In this document: positions 31,603 through 42,054 of the stretch, piece after piece
Layout: the number at the start of each line of letters is the position of its first letter
How positions within the stretch are numbered: the stretch's first letter is position 1
NCBI GenBank assembly: GCA_963818325.1
Contig: CAWFRV010000004.1
Span: 119,586 to 183,585 of the forward strand
Direction: 5' to 3'
DNA: 64,000 nucleotides
Source of the DNA: an uncultured Gammaproteobacteria bacterium
GTDB taxonomy: Bacteria; Pseudomonadota; Gammaproteobacteria; Thiotrichales; Thiotrichaceae
Translations under genes and position numbers: made by a program
Notes under the pieces: model-generated
The model's database searches: none
Seen by the model: only the letters and a program-made list of their open reading frames with translations
Told to the model about the DNA's origin: nothing

Positions 31603-34600
31603 TTATTGTTGTGGTTGAACGGTGAAACGGTATTCGTTGCTGCTTAACAGCTTGCCTTGCGCATCGTGGATAGCGGCTTCCAGACGGTATTCGCCCGCAT
31701 CCAATACAGGTGCGGTGTAATCCCGCAAGTGCTGGTGCATATCGGCGGTCAGGTTGAATGCCCATGTTTGCGTATCCAGCGTTTGCTTGCCGCGTAACAG
31801 CTTGATGGCATAGCGTGCATTCGGGTAATTCGCGGTGCTGTCATTCAATGCCCACGCGCCGAACGTAATGGTTTCACCGACCGCATAATCCACCTTGCTC
31901 CATGCCAGACTCGGCAAAATCGGCTGGTAAGCACGTTGCAAAGCGTAATACCCCGGTTTGGGTTTGCGCCAAAAATCCACCATGCCCCAGTTCATCGAAG
32001 GCCAGTCTTCCACCAGCATGAACTGGAACAACGCCCCGACTGGACGGTACGCTTGGCGACGGTAAGATTCTGCCGCAAGCTGGTTTAAGCGTGCTTGGTA
32101 TTGCTGGGTATTGTCGATGAATTCATCCAGCGTCTTGCCTTGCGGGACTTTGGCAATTTCCAAGGTTTCCTTGCGCTGGAAGTTGTGGAATGCCCATTCC
32201 TCCCATGCTGCATCGGTGGTGGGCAATTCTGCTTCATGCCCCAGAATCTTGCGCAACGTGGCTTTGTCCGGCAAGGCTTGCGCACCGAATTCAGCAATGG
32301 TGGCGGGCTTGGTCGGCTTGGCGTAATCGAGCCAATGACCGGAATACCAGCCCAACCACGGGTGTTCTTTGGTGGAAGAAATCATGCTGATCGGGCGAGT
32401 TTTTTCCAACGCCAGTGCAGCATGATGCAGCTTGTTATCCAGCACCTTGTTTTGCTGCGGGTTGTAATCTTTGTATTTCCACTTCATCCAATCCGCATCC
32501 CACGGCGGTTCGTTGTGCAACGTCCACTGGATGATGGAAGTGTATTGCCCGAACTGGCGGATCATGTCGCCGACTTGCGATACCGCTTGCTGATGGAATT
32601 CGGGCGTATCCTGATAGCCCCATTGCAGCGGAAAATCTTGCCACACCATCAAACCCATTTCATCGCACAGGCGGTAAAATTCGGGGGCAGTGACGTGCGC
32701 ATGAACCCGCACGGTGTTGATATTCGCATCCAGCATCAATTGAATGTCGCGGCGAAAATCAGCCGATGACATCTCACTGAGCCACTGGTTGGCGATGTAA
32801 TTCGTGCCTTTGAGCTGGATACGCTGGTCGTTGATGCTCCAGATTTCCTGCGGCGAACGGCGGATTTTGCGGAAGCCGATGGTGCGCTCGAAGGAGTCGA
32901 GTACTTTGCCGTCGTGTACGGCGCTGACGGTTAGCTTGTAGAGGTTGGGATCGCCGTAGCCGTGCGGATTCCAGAGTTTGGGGTTAGAAATGGGGATAGA
33001 TAAGACGACGTATGCAATACGCGCTGCTGGGGTTAATTCTCTACGGGATCATGCAAGGGCAAAGCAGCCTGCGGGAACTGGAGAATCTGGCGCGGATCAA
33101 TCTGGGCTGCTGGTGGCTAACCGGTGGGATCATGCCCGACCATTCGGTGATCGGGCGTTTTATCGTGCAACATGGGGAACGCTTGACCGACAGTTTCTTT
33201 GAATCCCTGACCCGCCAAGTCCTCAACGCCACGGGTTCGGGTGTCAGCCGAACCGCCGGTGACGGCACGGTAGTGGAAGCGGCTGCCTCACGTTACCGAC
33301 TGGTCAAGCAGGAAGCCTTGAATAAAGCGTTGGAAAAACAGCGGGAAGTCGCCGCCGATGCCGCCGCCGACCACCCAGCCCACGCCAAGCTGGAACGACT
33401 GGAAACCGCCCAACAAGCCTTGGGCGAACGTGCTGCCAAACGCAAGGCCAAAGGCAAAGACCCCGCCGCCACCCAAATCAACCCCCAAGAACCCGAAGCG
33501 GTTGTCCAACCCCTGAAACAGCAAGGTTACGGCGCATCCTACAAACCCTCGGTGATGGCGAATGAACAGCGGGTAATCGTGGCACAAGCCCTCCACCCTT
33601 CCAGTGAAACGGCGGTTGTCCCCGCCCTGTTAGACAGTGCCGCCCGCCACGGCAAACTGGACGAATCCAGTTGGGATGCAGGCTACCACTGCGACAGCGT
33701 GCTGGAAGCGGGGGAGCAACGGCAGGTACGCATCCTCTCCCCGGAAGGCCGCAGCAACGGCGACGACTGGAACAAGCAATCCAGCAAACAATACCCCAAA
33801 AGCCGCTTCACCTATGATCCCGATACCAACACTTACCGTTGCCCAGCAGGACAATTATTACAAAAAGTCGGCAGCTACCGGGGCAAGGAAGACGAAGGCT
33901 ACAAACCCTATATCCTGTACGGCACAACAGCTTGCGCGGACTGTCCCAAGAAAAGCCATTGCACCACCAGCAAAGAAGGCCGCCAAATCAAGCGTTATCC
34001 CGGTGATGCCCGCAAAGAAGCCCTGCGCCAGCTACTCCAAGACTATTTGCCATTGTAATTCTGCATCGGCAGGCAACGCCCCCAACACATCCAAATCCAC
34101 CAACACCTGCCACTGCTCCAGCCCTTGCACTGGCTGCACCTGCACACGTTGCGGCGCAAGCTGTACCTGCTGAGGTTTGGCTGCAAACGCACTTCACCCC
34201 AAATGCCGCCGGTATTCTGTTCCTGCCCCCGATCCGACCAAGCCCCACCGGGGCGCGTATCATGATGGGCAAAAATGCCTTTAATCAGTCGTTTACGCAG
34301 CGAATAATCTTCCGCCTTTTCCTGCGGACTGTTCACCCTTACCAACAAAATATTCTCGCCAGCCTTCAGATGCTTTGAGACATCAAACGCAAAGGCTTGA
34401 AAGTAACCTTCGTGCGAACCGAGCTTTTGCCCGTTCAACCACACAGCCGCAAAGTAGTCCACCCCGCCAAAATGCAGGGTAGACACGGTTTCAGGGGAGG
34501 TATTCGCGTTAAATTTGAGCCGATACCACGCCACGCCATGATGGTCATAGCCTTGCGTGTACCAGTTGCCGGGAACGTTGATGGTTTGCCATGCCGCTTT

Positions 34601-34760
34601 GGCAGCAGGCATCGCCTCCGAACCGGAGGGCAGAAATTCCCACTGCCCCGCCAACGAACCCGTTTTGCTGACAACATCGGGTTGACTGGACGGCATGACG
34701 CTGCACCCCTGCAACGAGCAGCAGCCACACCATCATTACCGCCCAGACCAGCCGTTTCAT
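31603..34760 (-). pseudogene. GH2 beta-mannosidase-like glycoside hydrolase interrupted by a transposase fragment
   Basis: 5' part: LHFGGVDYFA, HEGYF, NTGGIWG. 3' part from about 33006: PKLW..HGYGDPNLY, KGTNY, WQDFPLQW, LHNEP, AEFGAQALP. Confidence 0.8.
33007..34038 (+). mobile_element. Internal fragment of an IS1182-family transposase, both termini missing
   Basis: LILYG...SSLRELE...PDHSVIGRF, DGT, DAGY, YRCPAG, CADCP..SHC; no N-terminus, no final Glu motif, no terminal inverted repeats seen. Confidence 0.8.
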
Positions 34761-34762
34761 GT

Positions 34763-35194
34763 TCAAGCCAACTGCTTGCTGACGTGCAAATGATTGCCCT
34801 TGGCATCGTTGCTGTAACGGATGGAATCTGCCAGCAAATGGATCAAACCCATGCCCCAACCGCCTTCCGGCAAGTCTTCCGGGTCTGGCATGTCCTTCAC
34901 TTCGGAATGCAATTCGTCTGGCATGGTGCGCCCGCTATCGGAAATGATCAGGTGTACCACTTCAGGGTTGTATTCCACCCGCACCCGCACATCATTACCG
35001 CCCTGCATTTCGTAAGCATGTTCGATGACGTTATTGACGGCTTCCACCATCATCAATTCGAGTTGCCCCAGCTTATCGTCGGAAAGTTCTAATTCCTTGC
35101 CAATGCCGCGCAATGCACCGGAGAGCAAGCGTACTTGCTCCAAACGGCTGTCGATGGAAAGGCGGATATTGTATTGTTTGTAAACCGTTTCCAT
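34763..35194 (-). CDS. RsbW/SpoIIAB-like anti-sigma serine kinase
   Basis: EAVNNVIEHAY, ISDSG, EGGWGMGLI. Confidence 0.88.
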   Translation of the reverse strand: METVYKQYNIRLSIDSRLEQVRLLSGALRGIGKELELSDDKLGQLELMMVEAVNNVIEHAYEMQGGNDVRVRVEYNPEVVHLIISDSGRTMPDELHSEVKDMPDPEDLPEGGWGMGLIHLLADSIRYSNDAKGNHLHVSKQLA

Positions 35195-36384
35195 CAGGCC
35201 ATCTCCACTTCGCGCTCAAGTTCCCCGTAGAAACTCAGCATATTATTGAACAGCAACATATCGTGAATATCACTCGGATTGAGCACCCGGCGCGTGTCAT
35301 TCACCAACCAACGGATTTGGGTTTCGCTGACATTGATCACATTGCCATCAGGGGAAATGCACTCGCCACCGAAGATCAGCTTATTGTCGAGCGTTGCCAT
35401 ACCGCCAATGCGGGTGTAATCACTGATCAGGCATTCGCTGATTTCTGCCCCCGTTTCCACCACACAGTTTGCACCAATCATGCAAGGCCCGGTGATTTTG
35501 CTGCCCGCTTCGATTTTGGTGCTGCTACCGATGTACACGGGTGGTTTGATTTTAACCCGATCCCAGTTGATGCTGACGTTAATGCCCGTCCAGATACCGG
35601 GGCGCACTTCTTTACCGGGCATATCGAAACCGTGAATCTTGCCTTGCAACGCCATGCGCGTCGCTGCCCACACGTCAGGCACAGAACCAATATCTACCCA
35701 TTGGAAATCCATCTTGATGCCGAAAAACTCTTCGCCCGCACCGACCAAAGCGGGAAACAATTGGCCACCAATGTCGTACTCCACCCCGGATGGGATGTAG
35801 TCGAAAATTTCTGGCTCAAAAATGTAAATGCCCGTGTTGATCAGGTTGGACACTGCGTCTTGCGGCTTGGGTTTTTCCTGAAACTGCACAATGCGCTGGC
35901 GGTCATCCAACTTCACCACGCCGTATTTATGCACTTCCTCGTGGGGGACTTCCTGCAAAATGATGGTAGCAACGCCGCCTTTTTCACGGTGCTGACGCAA
36001 GGCTGCACTGATGTCGAGATCAATCCACGCATCGCCGCACAGCACGATAAAGGTTTCGTCGAAAAAGCCGGAAAATTCCTGAATGCGCTTCATGCCGCCC
36101 GCCGAGCCGAGGGCTTTGCCCTCTAACCCGTCTTCGGTCATGTAGCCTTCGTAGGAATAGGCAATATGCACACCCAACTGATTGCCATCGCGGAAATAGT
36201 TTTCGATCACGGGCGCAAGGTGGCTGGTATTCACCACGATTTCTTGCACGTCATGGGTACGCAACAGTTCCACAATGGATTCCATCACCGGCTTGCGCAG
36301 GATCGGGATCATCGGTTTGGGCATTTCATTGGTAATCGGGCGTACCCGTGTCCCCTTGCCTGCCGCCAGTATCATCGCTTTCAT
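35194..36384 (-). CDS. NDP-sugar synthase (mannose-1-phosphate guanylyltransferase-like)
   Basis: MKAMILAAGKGTRVRPIT..PKPM, GSAGG, FQEKP, INTGIY, WVDIG, hexapeptide-repeat tail. Confidence 0.85.
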   Translation of the reverse strand: MKAMILAAGKGTRVRPITNEMPKPMIPILRKPVMESIVELLRTHDVQEIVVNTSHLAPVIENYFRDGNQLGVHIAYSYEGYMTEDGLEGKALGSAGGMKRIQEFSGFFDETFIVLCGDAWIDLDISAALRQHREKGGVATIILQEVPHEEVHKYGVVKLDDRQRIVQFQEKPKPQDAVSNLINTGIYIFEPEIFDYIPSGVEYDIGGQLFPALVGAGEEFFGIKMDFQWVDIGSVPDVWAATRMALQGKIHGFDMPGKEVRPGIWTGINVSINWDRVKIKPPVYIGSSTKIEAGSKITGPCMIGANCVVETGAEISECLISDYTRIGGMATLDNKLIFGGECISPDGNVINVSETQIRWLVNDTRRVLNPSDIHDMLLFNNMLSFYGELEREVEMA

Positions 36385-36418
36385 AGGAAGCCCCTCCTCA
36401 AGTAACGCTTAACCCCAA

Positions 36419-36757
36419 TTACGCCGCAACTGCACCCAGTGCTGCATCCACGCTGTCTGCCATGCGGAACACGCGATCCATACGGGTCAGTTTGAACAGG
36501 TCAGCCACAATGCCTTTTGCGCCAGCAATGATCAGGTCGCCACGGTTGCCGACCATTTTCAACAGGCTGACCAGTGCGCCGAGGCTGCTACTGTCCATGA
36601 AGGTAACTGCGCTCAAATCCAATACGATGCGGGTTGCGCCGTCGTCGAGCAGTTGCGCGATTTGGTGTTTGAGTTCGGGGGCAACGGCGGCATCCATACG
36701 GGTTTCGCCAATGGTAACGACGGTGAATTCACCTTGGGTGTGAGTGGAGAGTTTCAT
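36419..36757 (-). CDS. STAS-domain anti-anti-sigma factor
   Basis: VLDLSAVTFMDSSSLGAL with phosphorylatable Ser. Confidence 0.9.
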   Translation of the reverse strand: MKLSTHTQGEFTVVTIGETRMDAAVAPELKHQIAQLLDDGATRIVLDLSAVTFMDSSSLGALVSLLKMVGNRGDLIIAGAKGIVADLFKLTRMDRVFRMADSVDAALGAVAA

Positions 36758-36972
36758 TCTTGTTGTCCTCATTGTTAGGGGGGATGGCTTCAGCTTATTA
36801 TTTTATCCATAAGATTATTGTATACACCAATCAGCAAAAACAGCAACAAAAGTTGCTTAAGCGGTTACGCGCCACCAGCACAAATATATATCTTTCTTAT
36901 GTGGTAATTGTTAAATATAATGACAAGGCTAATGCCATGAAAATAATAAACTAACGACAGGAACGCTTATCC

Positions 36973-38121
36973 ATGCACATGACACCTGCCCAAATCTTTA
37001 TTGATCAAAGTGGAAGCTGTGATGGCTTGCTGCAATTGCTGGATCAGGCCATCGCCACAGGAGCAAAAAGTGTATTAATACTCGCAGCAGATGCGAACGG
37101 CTTCACACCCACACAACTGGATACCCATCTACAAGCATTTCCCATCCCCATCTTTGGCGGTATTTTTCCTGAAATCATTGCCAACGGGCAAACCCTGCAA
37201 CAAGGCAGTGTGGTCTGCGCCTTACCGATTGCCAGTGAGGTGTACCATATCGAACACTTATCTGACCCTGATGCGGATTATTTCTCCGCAGTAGAGGCTC
37301 TATCAGCACTGACACCAGCCAACGCCACATTAGTGACCGTGGTCGATGGCTTAAGTAAACGCATCGCATCACTGTTAGAAAGCCTGTATGAAATCTTTGG
37401 CGGGCATTATCAGTACATTGGCGGCGGGGCTGGCTCACTCAGTTTCGAGCAAAAGCCCTGTCTGTTCAGCAACCAAGGCTTGCGGATGGATTGCGCCCAA
37501 ATTACCTGTATCCAACTGCCGCTCAGCGTCGGTATCGAACACGGTTGGCACAAATTCGCTGGGCCATTCTTTGTAACCGGCGCATACAACAACACGATTA
37601 CCACGCTCGATTACCAACCTGCCTTTGAGCTGTATCGGCAAATTGTCGAAGCAGACAGCGGCAAACGCTTTCAAGACGGAGCATTCTTTGATCTCGCCAA
37701 AGCCTACCCATTTGGTTTAGAACGTTTAAACAGCGACGTTGTGGTACGTGACCCACTCTTCGTCGAAGGTAATAAATTAATTTGTGTGGGGGAAGTGCCC
37801 GCCAATCACATTATTTACATCCTCAAAGGTGAGGCAGAAGATTTGCTGGCAGCATCACGCGCTTGCGCCGCCACCGCCATGCAGGTGCAAACACCCCCCG
37901 TATTAGGATTATTATTCGATTGCATCAGCCGTACCTTATTTTTACAAGAGCGTTTTGCGGAGGAAGTCGATAATATTCACTCTCGCTTGCCCGCAGGCAT
38001 ACCCTTGATAGGGGCTTTATCATTAGGGGAAATCGCCGATGCAGGTAACACCTGCTTGGAATTTTTTAACAAAACGATCGTACTGGGCATCCTCGCCCAA
38101 ACCGAGGAATCGGCAGCATGA
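36973..38121 (+). CDS. FIST-domain sensor (NosP-like)
   Basis: FGGIFP, VDGLS, IGGGAGS, HGW, PAF..Y, VRDP, DCISR, GALSLGEI, FFNKT. Confidence 0.85.
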   Translation: MHMTPAQIFIDQSGSCDGLLQLLDQAIATGAKSVLILAADANGFTPTQLDTHLQAFPIPIFGGIFPEIIANGQTLQQGSVVCALPIASEVYHIEHLSDPDADYFSAVEALSALTPANATLVTVVDGLSKRIASLLESLYEIFGGHYQYIGGGAGSLSFEQKPCLFSNQGLRMDCAQITCIQLPLSVGIEHGWHKFAGPFFVTGAYNNTITTLDYQPAFELYRQIVEADSGKRFQDGAFFDLAKAYPFGLERLNSDVVVRDPLFVEGNKLICVGEVPANHIIYILKGEAEDLLAASRACAATAMQVQTPPVLGLLFDCISRTLFLQERFAEEVDNIHSRLPAGIPLIGALSLGEIADAGNTCLEFFNKTIVLGILAQTEESAA

Positions 38122-39785
38122 ACCCAACGCTGGAACTGGTTTCTGTCCAATACGCACTGGCTTTGTTGATTGGGCAAGATCTGGATTTGCGCACCATGTT
38201 GCGCAAATTTTTGCCATCCGCCTTAAAACTGCTGAATTGCCGTAGCGGCTACATCTGGTTACACAAAGGCATAACGCTGGATAATGCGAAAAAAGCCCCG
38301 CCACCTTGCTACAGCTACCCGACCCTGCGCGGCACACTGGAAATGGATCAACCACCGTTAGCCGCACGCATCCAGCAACTCGCTAACCACGGCTGGCCGA
38401 TCAAAAAGCCGGGGGAAATTATCCCCATGGAGGACATGTATTACCATTTTATGCCGCTCGGCGATAACGGTTTATTGGTGGTCGTGCGTGATCCACCATT
38501 GCCGGAAGCGCATGTACTCGCTTTAGGTTTGGTGCTAAAACGCCTAGAAACCGCTTGTTTAGCCTGTTTGCAACACGCTTATCTGGAAGATGCCCGCACA
38601 GAAGCCTTACAAGCCAAAGAAATGGCAGAAAAAGCCAGCAAAGCCAAAAGCGAATTTCTGGCCATGATTAGCCACGAAATCCGCACCCCTATGAACGGCA
38701 TTATCGGCTTAACCGATTTAATGTTGTACAGCGAGGTGTCTGAGTCCCAACGCGAACACTTAGGCATGATCAAATCTTCATCCAATGCCTTACTGGATAT
38801 TATCAATGAAATTCTCGACTTCTCACGCATGGAAGCCGGAACGCTGACACTCAATACCGCTCCCTTCCAATTACGGGCTTTATTACAAGATACCTTTACC
38901 CCACTTGCCTTACGCGCCCGCGACAAACAATTGCAGTTTCAGTGGGACATTCATGCAGACGTGCCTGATACCTTAGAAGGTGACATCGGGCGCTTGCGCC
39001 AAGTCATGATCAATTTAGTTGGCAATGCCATTAAATTCACCGAACAAGGGGACGTTAACGTCACTATCAGCCTGCAAAGTGGTACTCCCAGCGGGCAAGT
39101 GTGCGTGATGTTTGCGGTACGTGATACGGGCATTGGCATTCCCCGTGACAAACAAGCCAGCATTTTTCAGCCCTTTCAGCAAGCGGATAACTCCATCACC
39201 CGGCGCTATGGCGGCACGGGCTTGGGCTTAACAATTTCCTCGCAATTGATCGCCATGATGGGCGGCATCTTGCGGGTAGACAGTGATGTGGGCGAAGGCA
39301 GCATTTTTTACTTCAGCGTACCCTTCGCCGTCGTCACCCACGTCAAACCCACGACGCCAACAGCACCACAGACGCTGCGGCGTGCCGAGCGCGTGTTGTC
39401 GATTTTGTTGGCGGAAGATAATGCCGTGAATCGGATGCTAGCCGTGCGCCTGTTAAACAAAGCTGGGCATCACGTCAAAGTCGCCGAAAACGGGCGCGAT
39501 GCCGTGCAAGAATGGGAAAACAATCGCCCTGACGTGATCCTAATGGATGTGCAAATGCCCATCATGGATGGCTTGGAAGCCACCATCCTGATTCGAGCGC
39601 AAGAACAAGCCCAACAACTGCCTCATACCCCGATTATTGCACTGACGGCCAATGCCATGAGCAGTGACCGCGAACAATGCCTAAACATCGGTATGGATGA
39701 TTTCCTCAGCAAACCCTTTAACGTACAAGATTTACTGGATGTGTTGATGCGCGTTTGCCCCGGCACAGAAATCAATGATGAGTAA
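38118..39785 (+). CDS. Hybrid histidine kinase (HisKA-HATPase-REC), FIST-associated
   Basis: [36 protein letters not shown]...LMDVQMP...SKP; ATGA overlap with FIST gene. Confidence 0.92.
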   Translation: MNPTLELVSVQYALALLIGQDLDLRTMLRKFLPSALKLLNCRSGYIWLHKGITLDNAKKAPPPCYSYPTLRGTLEMDQPPLAARIQQLANHGWPIKKPGEIIPMEDMYYHFMPLGDNGLLVVVRDPPLPEAHVLALGLVLKRLETACLACLQHAYLEDARTEALQAKEMAEKASKAKSEFLAMISHEIRTPMNGIIGLTDLMLYSEVSESQREHLGMIKSSSNALLDIINEILDFSRMEAGTLTLNTAPFQLRALLQDTFTPLALRARDKQLQFQWDIHADVPDTLEGDIGRLRQVMINLVGNAIKFTEQGDVNVTISLQSGTPSGQVCVMFAVRDTGIGIPRDKQASIFQPFQQADNSITRRYGGTGLGLTISSQLIAMMGGILRVDSDVGEGSIFYFSVPFAVVTHVKPTTPTAPQTLRRAERVLSILLAEDNAVNRMLAVRLLNKAGHHVKVAENGRDAVQEWENNRPDVILMDVQMPIMDGLEATILIRAQEQAQQLPHTPIIALTANAMSSDREQCLNIGMDDFLSKPFNVQDLLDVLMRVCPGTEINDE

Positions 39786-40961
39786 AGAAATATCATCAGG
39801 CTTTTCCTTGGCGTCATTATCTAAACCCAAGGTTATGGCTAACTGCTGAATAAGCTGCTGGGCGGGTTGCTGACGCAACGGCTGCAAATGGTTTTTCAAA
39901 GCAAGCTCCGTCATCATTGCACCGTTTGCATCATGCAACTCCAGTAAACCGTCTGAGTACAAAATCAAACGACTCCCGCTTGGAAAAGGCAGACGTATCG
40001 TGTCGTACTCCATATCCGGCAATAAGCCAATCGGAAAGCCGGTGCAATCCAGTTGCTCCCATTCATCACTGATGGGGCTATACAAAAACGGTTGCGGATG
40101 ACCCGCTTGCACAAAATACAGTTGCTCTTGGCGTGTATCAACCACCCCCATAATAAGCGTCAGATAATGATCACCCTTATCCAGTTTATCGTGCAGATGA
40201 TGGTTTAGGCGCTCCGCCAAACGTGACGGCAAGGTAGCGACCGCTTGAGGCGATAAATCATCCAAACAATGCAATTCGCTGGTAGCACTCAGTAAGGTTT
40301 GCAAACACATCGACAACAACGCCGAAGCAATACCGTGACCTGACACATCAATCGAATAAAAGAACAATAAATCATCATTGATTGAAAAATAGTTAAAGGT
40401 ATCCCCACCGATGTATTGAGCGGGTTGGAAAAACCAATCCACCCGAATATGCCCGAATACTTTTTGGCTAGGCAACACCCCTGCTTGCAATATTGCTGCA
40501 CGTTGCAGATCATTTTGGATCAATTGTTGGGCAGCCGATAGTGAGCCATTCACACTTTCCAGATGGCGGTTCTTGTCCTCCAAGGTGTGTTCCAGATCAA
40601 GAACACGCTGGGCAGCACGCAAGCGCACCTCCAGTTCTTCGCGCACAATCGGTTTGGTCGCAAAATCATCCGCACCCGCTTCCATGCCATGAATCAGGTT
40701 TTGCTTGCCTGACATACCGGTTAGCAAAATGATGTAAACGTAATAAGGCAGTTCCGCCGCACGTACTGTGCGACACAAGGTCAGTCCATCCATGACCGGC
40801 ATTACCCAATCACTGATCACCAATTGAAAATGGTGCTGCTGGATCAATTCCCATGCTTCCTGACCGTGGTCAGCCAACATCACCTGATGCCCCATTAGGG
40901 TTAGGATACGGCGCAGAATCAACTGCATATCTCTGGCATCATCAACGACTAGAATATTCAT
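39732..40961 (-). CDS. Response regulator with SpoIIE/PP2C phosphatase domain
   Basis: VVDD...ISDWVMP...TKP; IGGD, DVSGHG, AGHP, YSDGL, DDIS; 3' end uncertain. Confidence 0.9.
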   Translation of the reverse strand: MNILVVDDARDMQLILRRILTLMGHQVMLADHGQEAWELIQQHHFQLVISDWVMPVMDGLTLCRTVRAAELPYYVYIILLTGMSGKQNLIHGMEAGADDFATKPIVREELEVRLRAAQRVLDLEHTLEDKNRHLESVNGSLSAAQQLIQNDLQRAAILQAGVLPSQKVFGHIRVDWFFQPAQYIGGDTFNYFSINDDLLFFYSIDVSGHGIASALLSMCLQTLLSATSELHCLDDLSPQAVATLPSRLAERLNHHLHDKLDKGDHYLTLIMGVVDTRQEQLYFVQAGHPQPFLYSPISDEWEQLDCTGFPIGLLPDMEYDTIRLPFPSGSRLILYSDGLLELHDANGAMMTELALKNHLQPLRQQPAQQLIQQLAITLGLDNDAKEKPDDISLLIIDFCAGANAHQHIQ

Positions 40962-41119
40962 TGGGCATATCTTGTTTTTATGATGTTATTAACACTCGGA
41001 TAGTTGTATGCTACCATCAAAAAATGAATTGTCCATATAGATATAAATTATAAAAACACAATTCTGGCAAGTGGCACTATCTGCACAAACTGGGCAAACA
41101 AAACTAGCGGGTTACACCT

Positions 41120-41476
41120 ATGATAACAATGATAAATCCCTCTGTTGATGAAGAAACCTACACCCTGTTGCAGGAAATCATGGCGGACGAATTCGCCGAA
41201 CTGGTGGAATGCTTTCTCACCGACACTGAACAATCCATTGCCATGCTCCAACAAGGCATTGCGGCGCAAGACAGCGAACAAGTAGGCACTATCTGCCACA
41301 AACTCAAATCCAGCAGCAAGCTGATTGGGGCATTTAAGCTGGCGGAATTTGCCCAGTTGCTGGAAGACTACCGCAAGAACGATGACCATCAAATGGCAGC
41401 CACACACCTGAACAGCTTGCAGGGCGAATTTGCCGAGGTGTTGGCTTGGCTCAGCCAACAATCGACAACTGCCTAA
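41120..41476 (+). CDS. Stand-alone Hpt phosphotransfer protein
   Basis: CHKLKSSSKLIGA. Confidence 0.88.
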   Translation: MITMINPSVDEETYTLLQEIMADEFAELVECFLTDTEQSIAMLQQGIAAQDSEQVGTICHKLKSSSKLIGAFKLAEFAQLLEDYRKNDDHQMAATHLNSLQGEFAEVLAWLSQQSTTA

Positions 41477-41505
41477 ATACACAACAATAACAACGAGAAT
41501 ACTGC

Positions 41506-42054
41506 ATGAAAGGTTTAGTATTTACTGAATTCATGGAAATGGTAGAAAGCACTTTTTCCGCTGACATGGTTGACGACATTATCGACGCCTCTGACTTGCC
41601 ATCCGGCGGCGCGTATACCTCGGTGGGCACTTACCCGCATTCCGAAATGGTGACACTGGTGCAAAACCTCTCCAAACAAACCGGAATGCCAGTCCCGGCA
41701 CTGATCAAGGCATTTGGTCACCACCTGTTCGGGCGCTTTGTGGCACTGTACCCGACTTTTTTTGCGGGTACACCCGATGCCTTCGACTTCCTTGATTCCA
41801 TCGAGAATTATGTCCACGTTGAAGTGCGCAAACTCTACCCCGATGCGCAATTACCAACTTTTGAAACGGTGCGCGAAGGCACACAGAAACTCACCATGAT
41901 CTACCGTTCCCAACACCCGTTTGCGACACTGGCGGAAGGTCTGATCGAAGGCTGTCTGGAACATTACAAGGTCAAAGCACAAATCGAAATCGTCGACTGT
42001 TCGGCTGGCAAAGGGACGCATGTTGAATTCCACATTACCCGGATGGCTGTGTAA
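41506..42054 (+). CDS. H-NOX heme NO-binding protein
   Basis: [28 protein letters not shown] (proximal His and Pro), YRSQH, GLIEG. Confidence 0.92.
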   Translation: MKGLVFTEFMEMVESTFSADMVDDIIDASDLPSGGAYTSVGTYPHSEMVTLVQNLSKQTGMPVPALIKAFGHHLFGRFVALYPTFFAGTPDAFDFLDSIENYVHVEVRKLYPDAQLPTFETVREGTQKLTMIYRSQHPFATLAEGLIEGCLEHYKVKAQIEIVDCSAGKGTHVEFHITRMAV

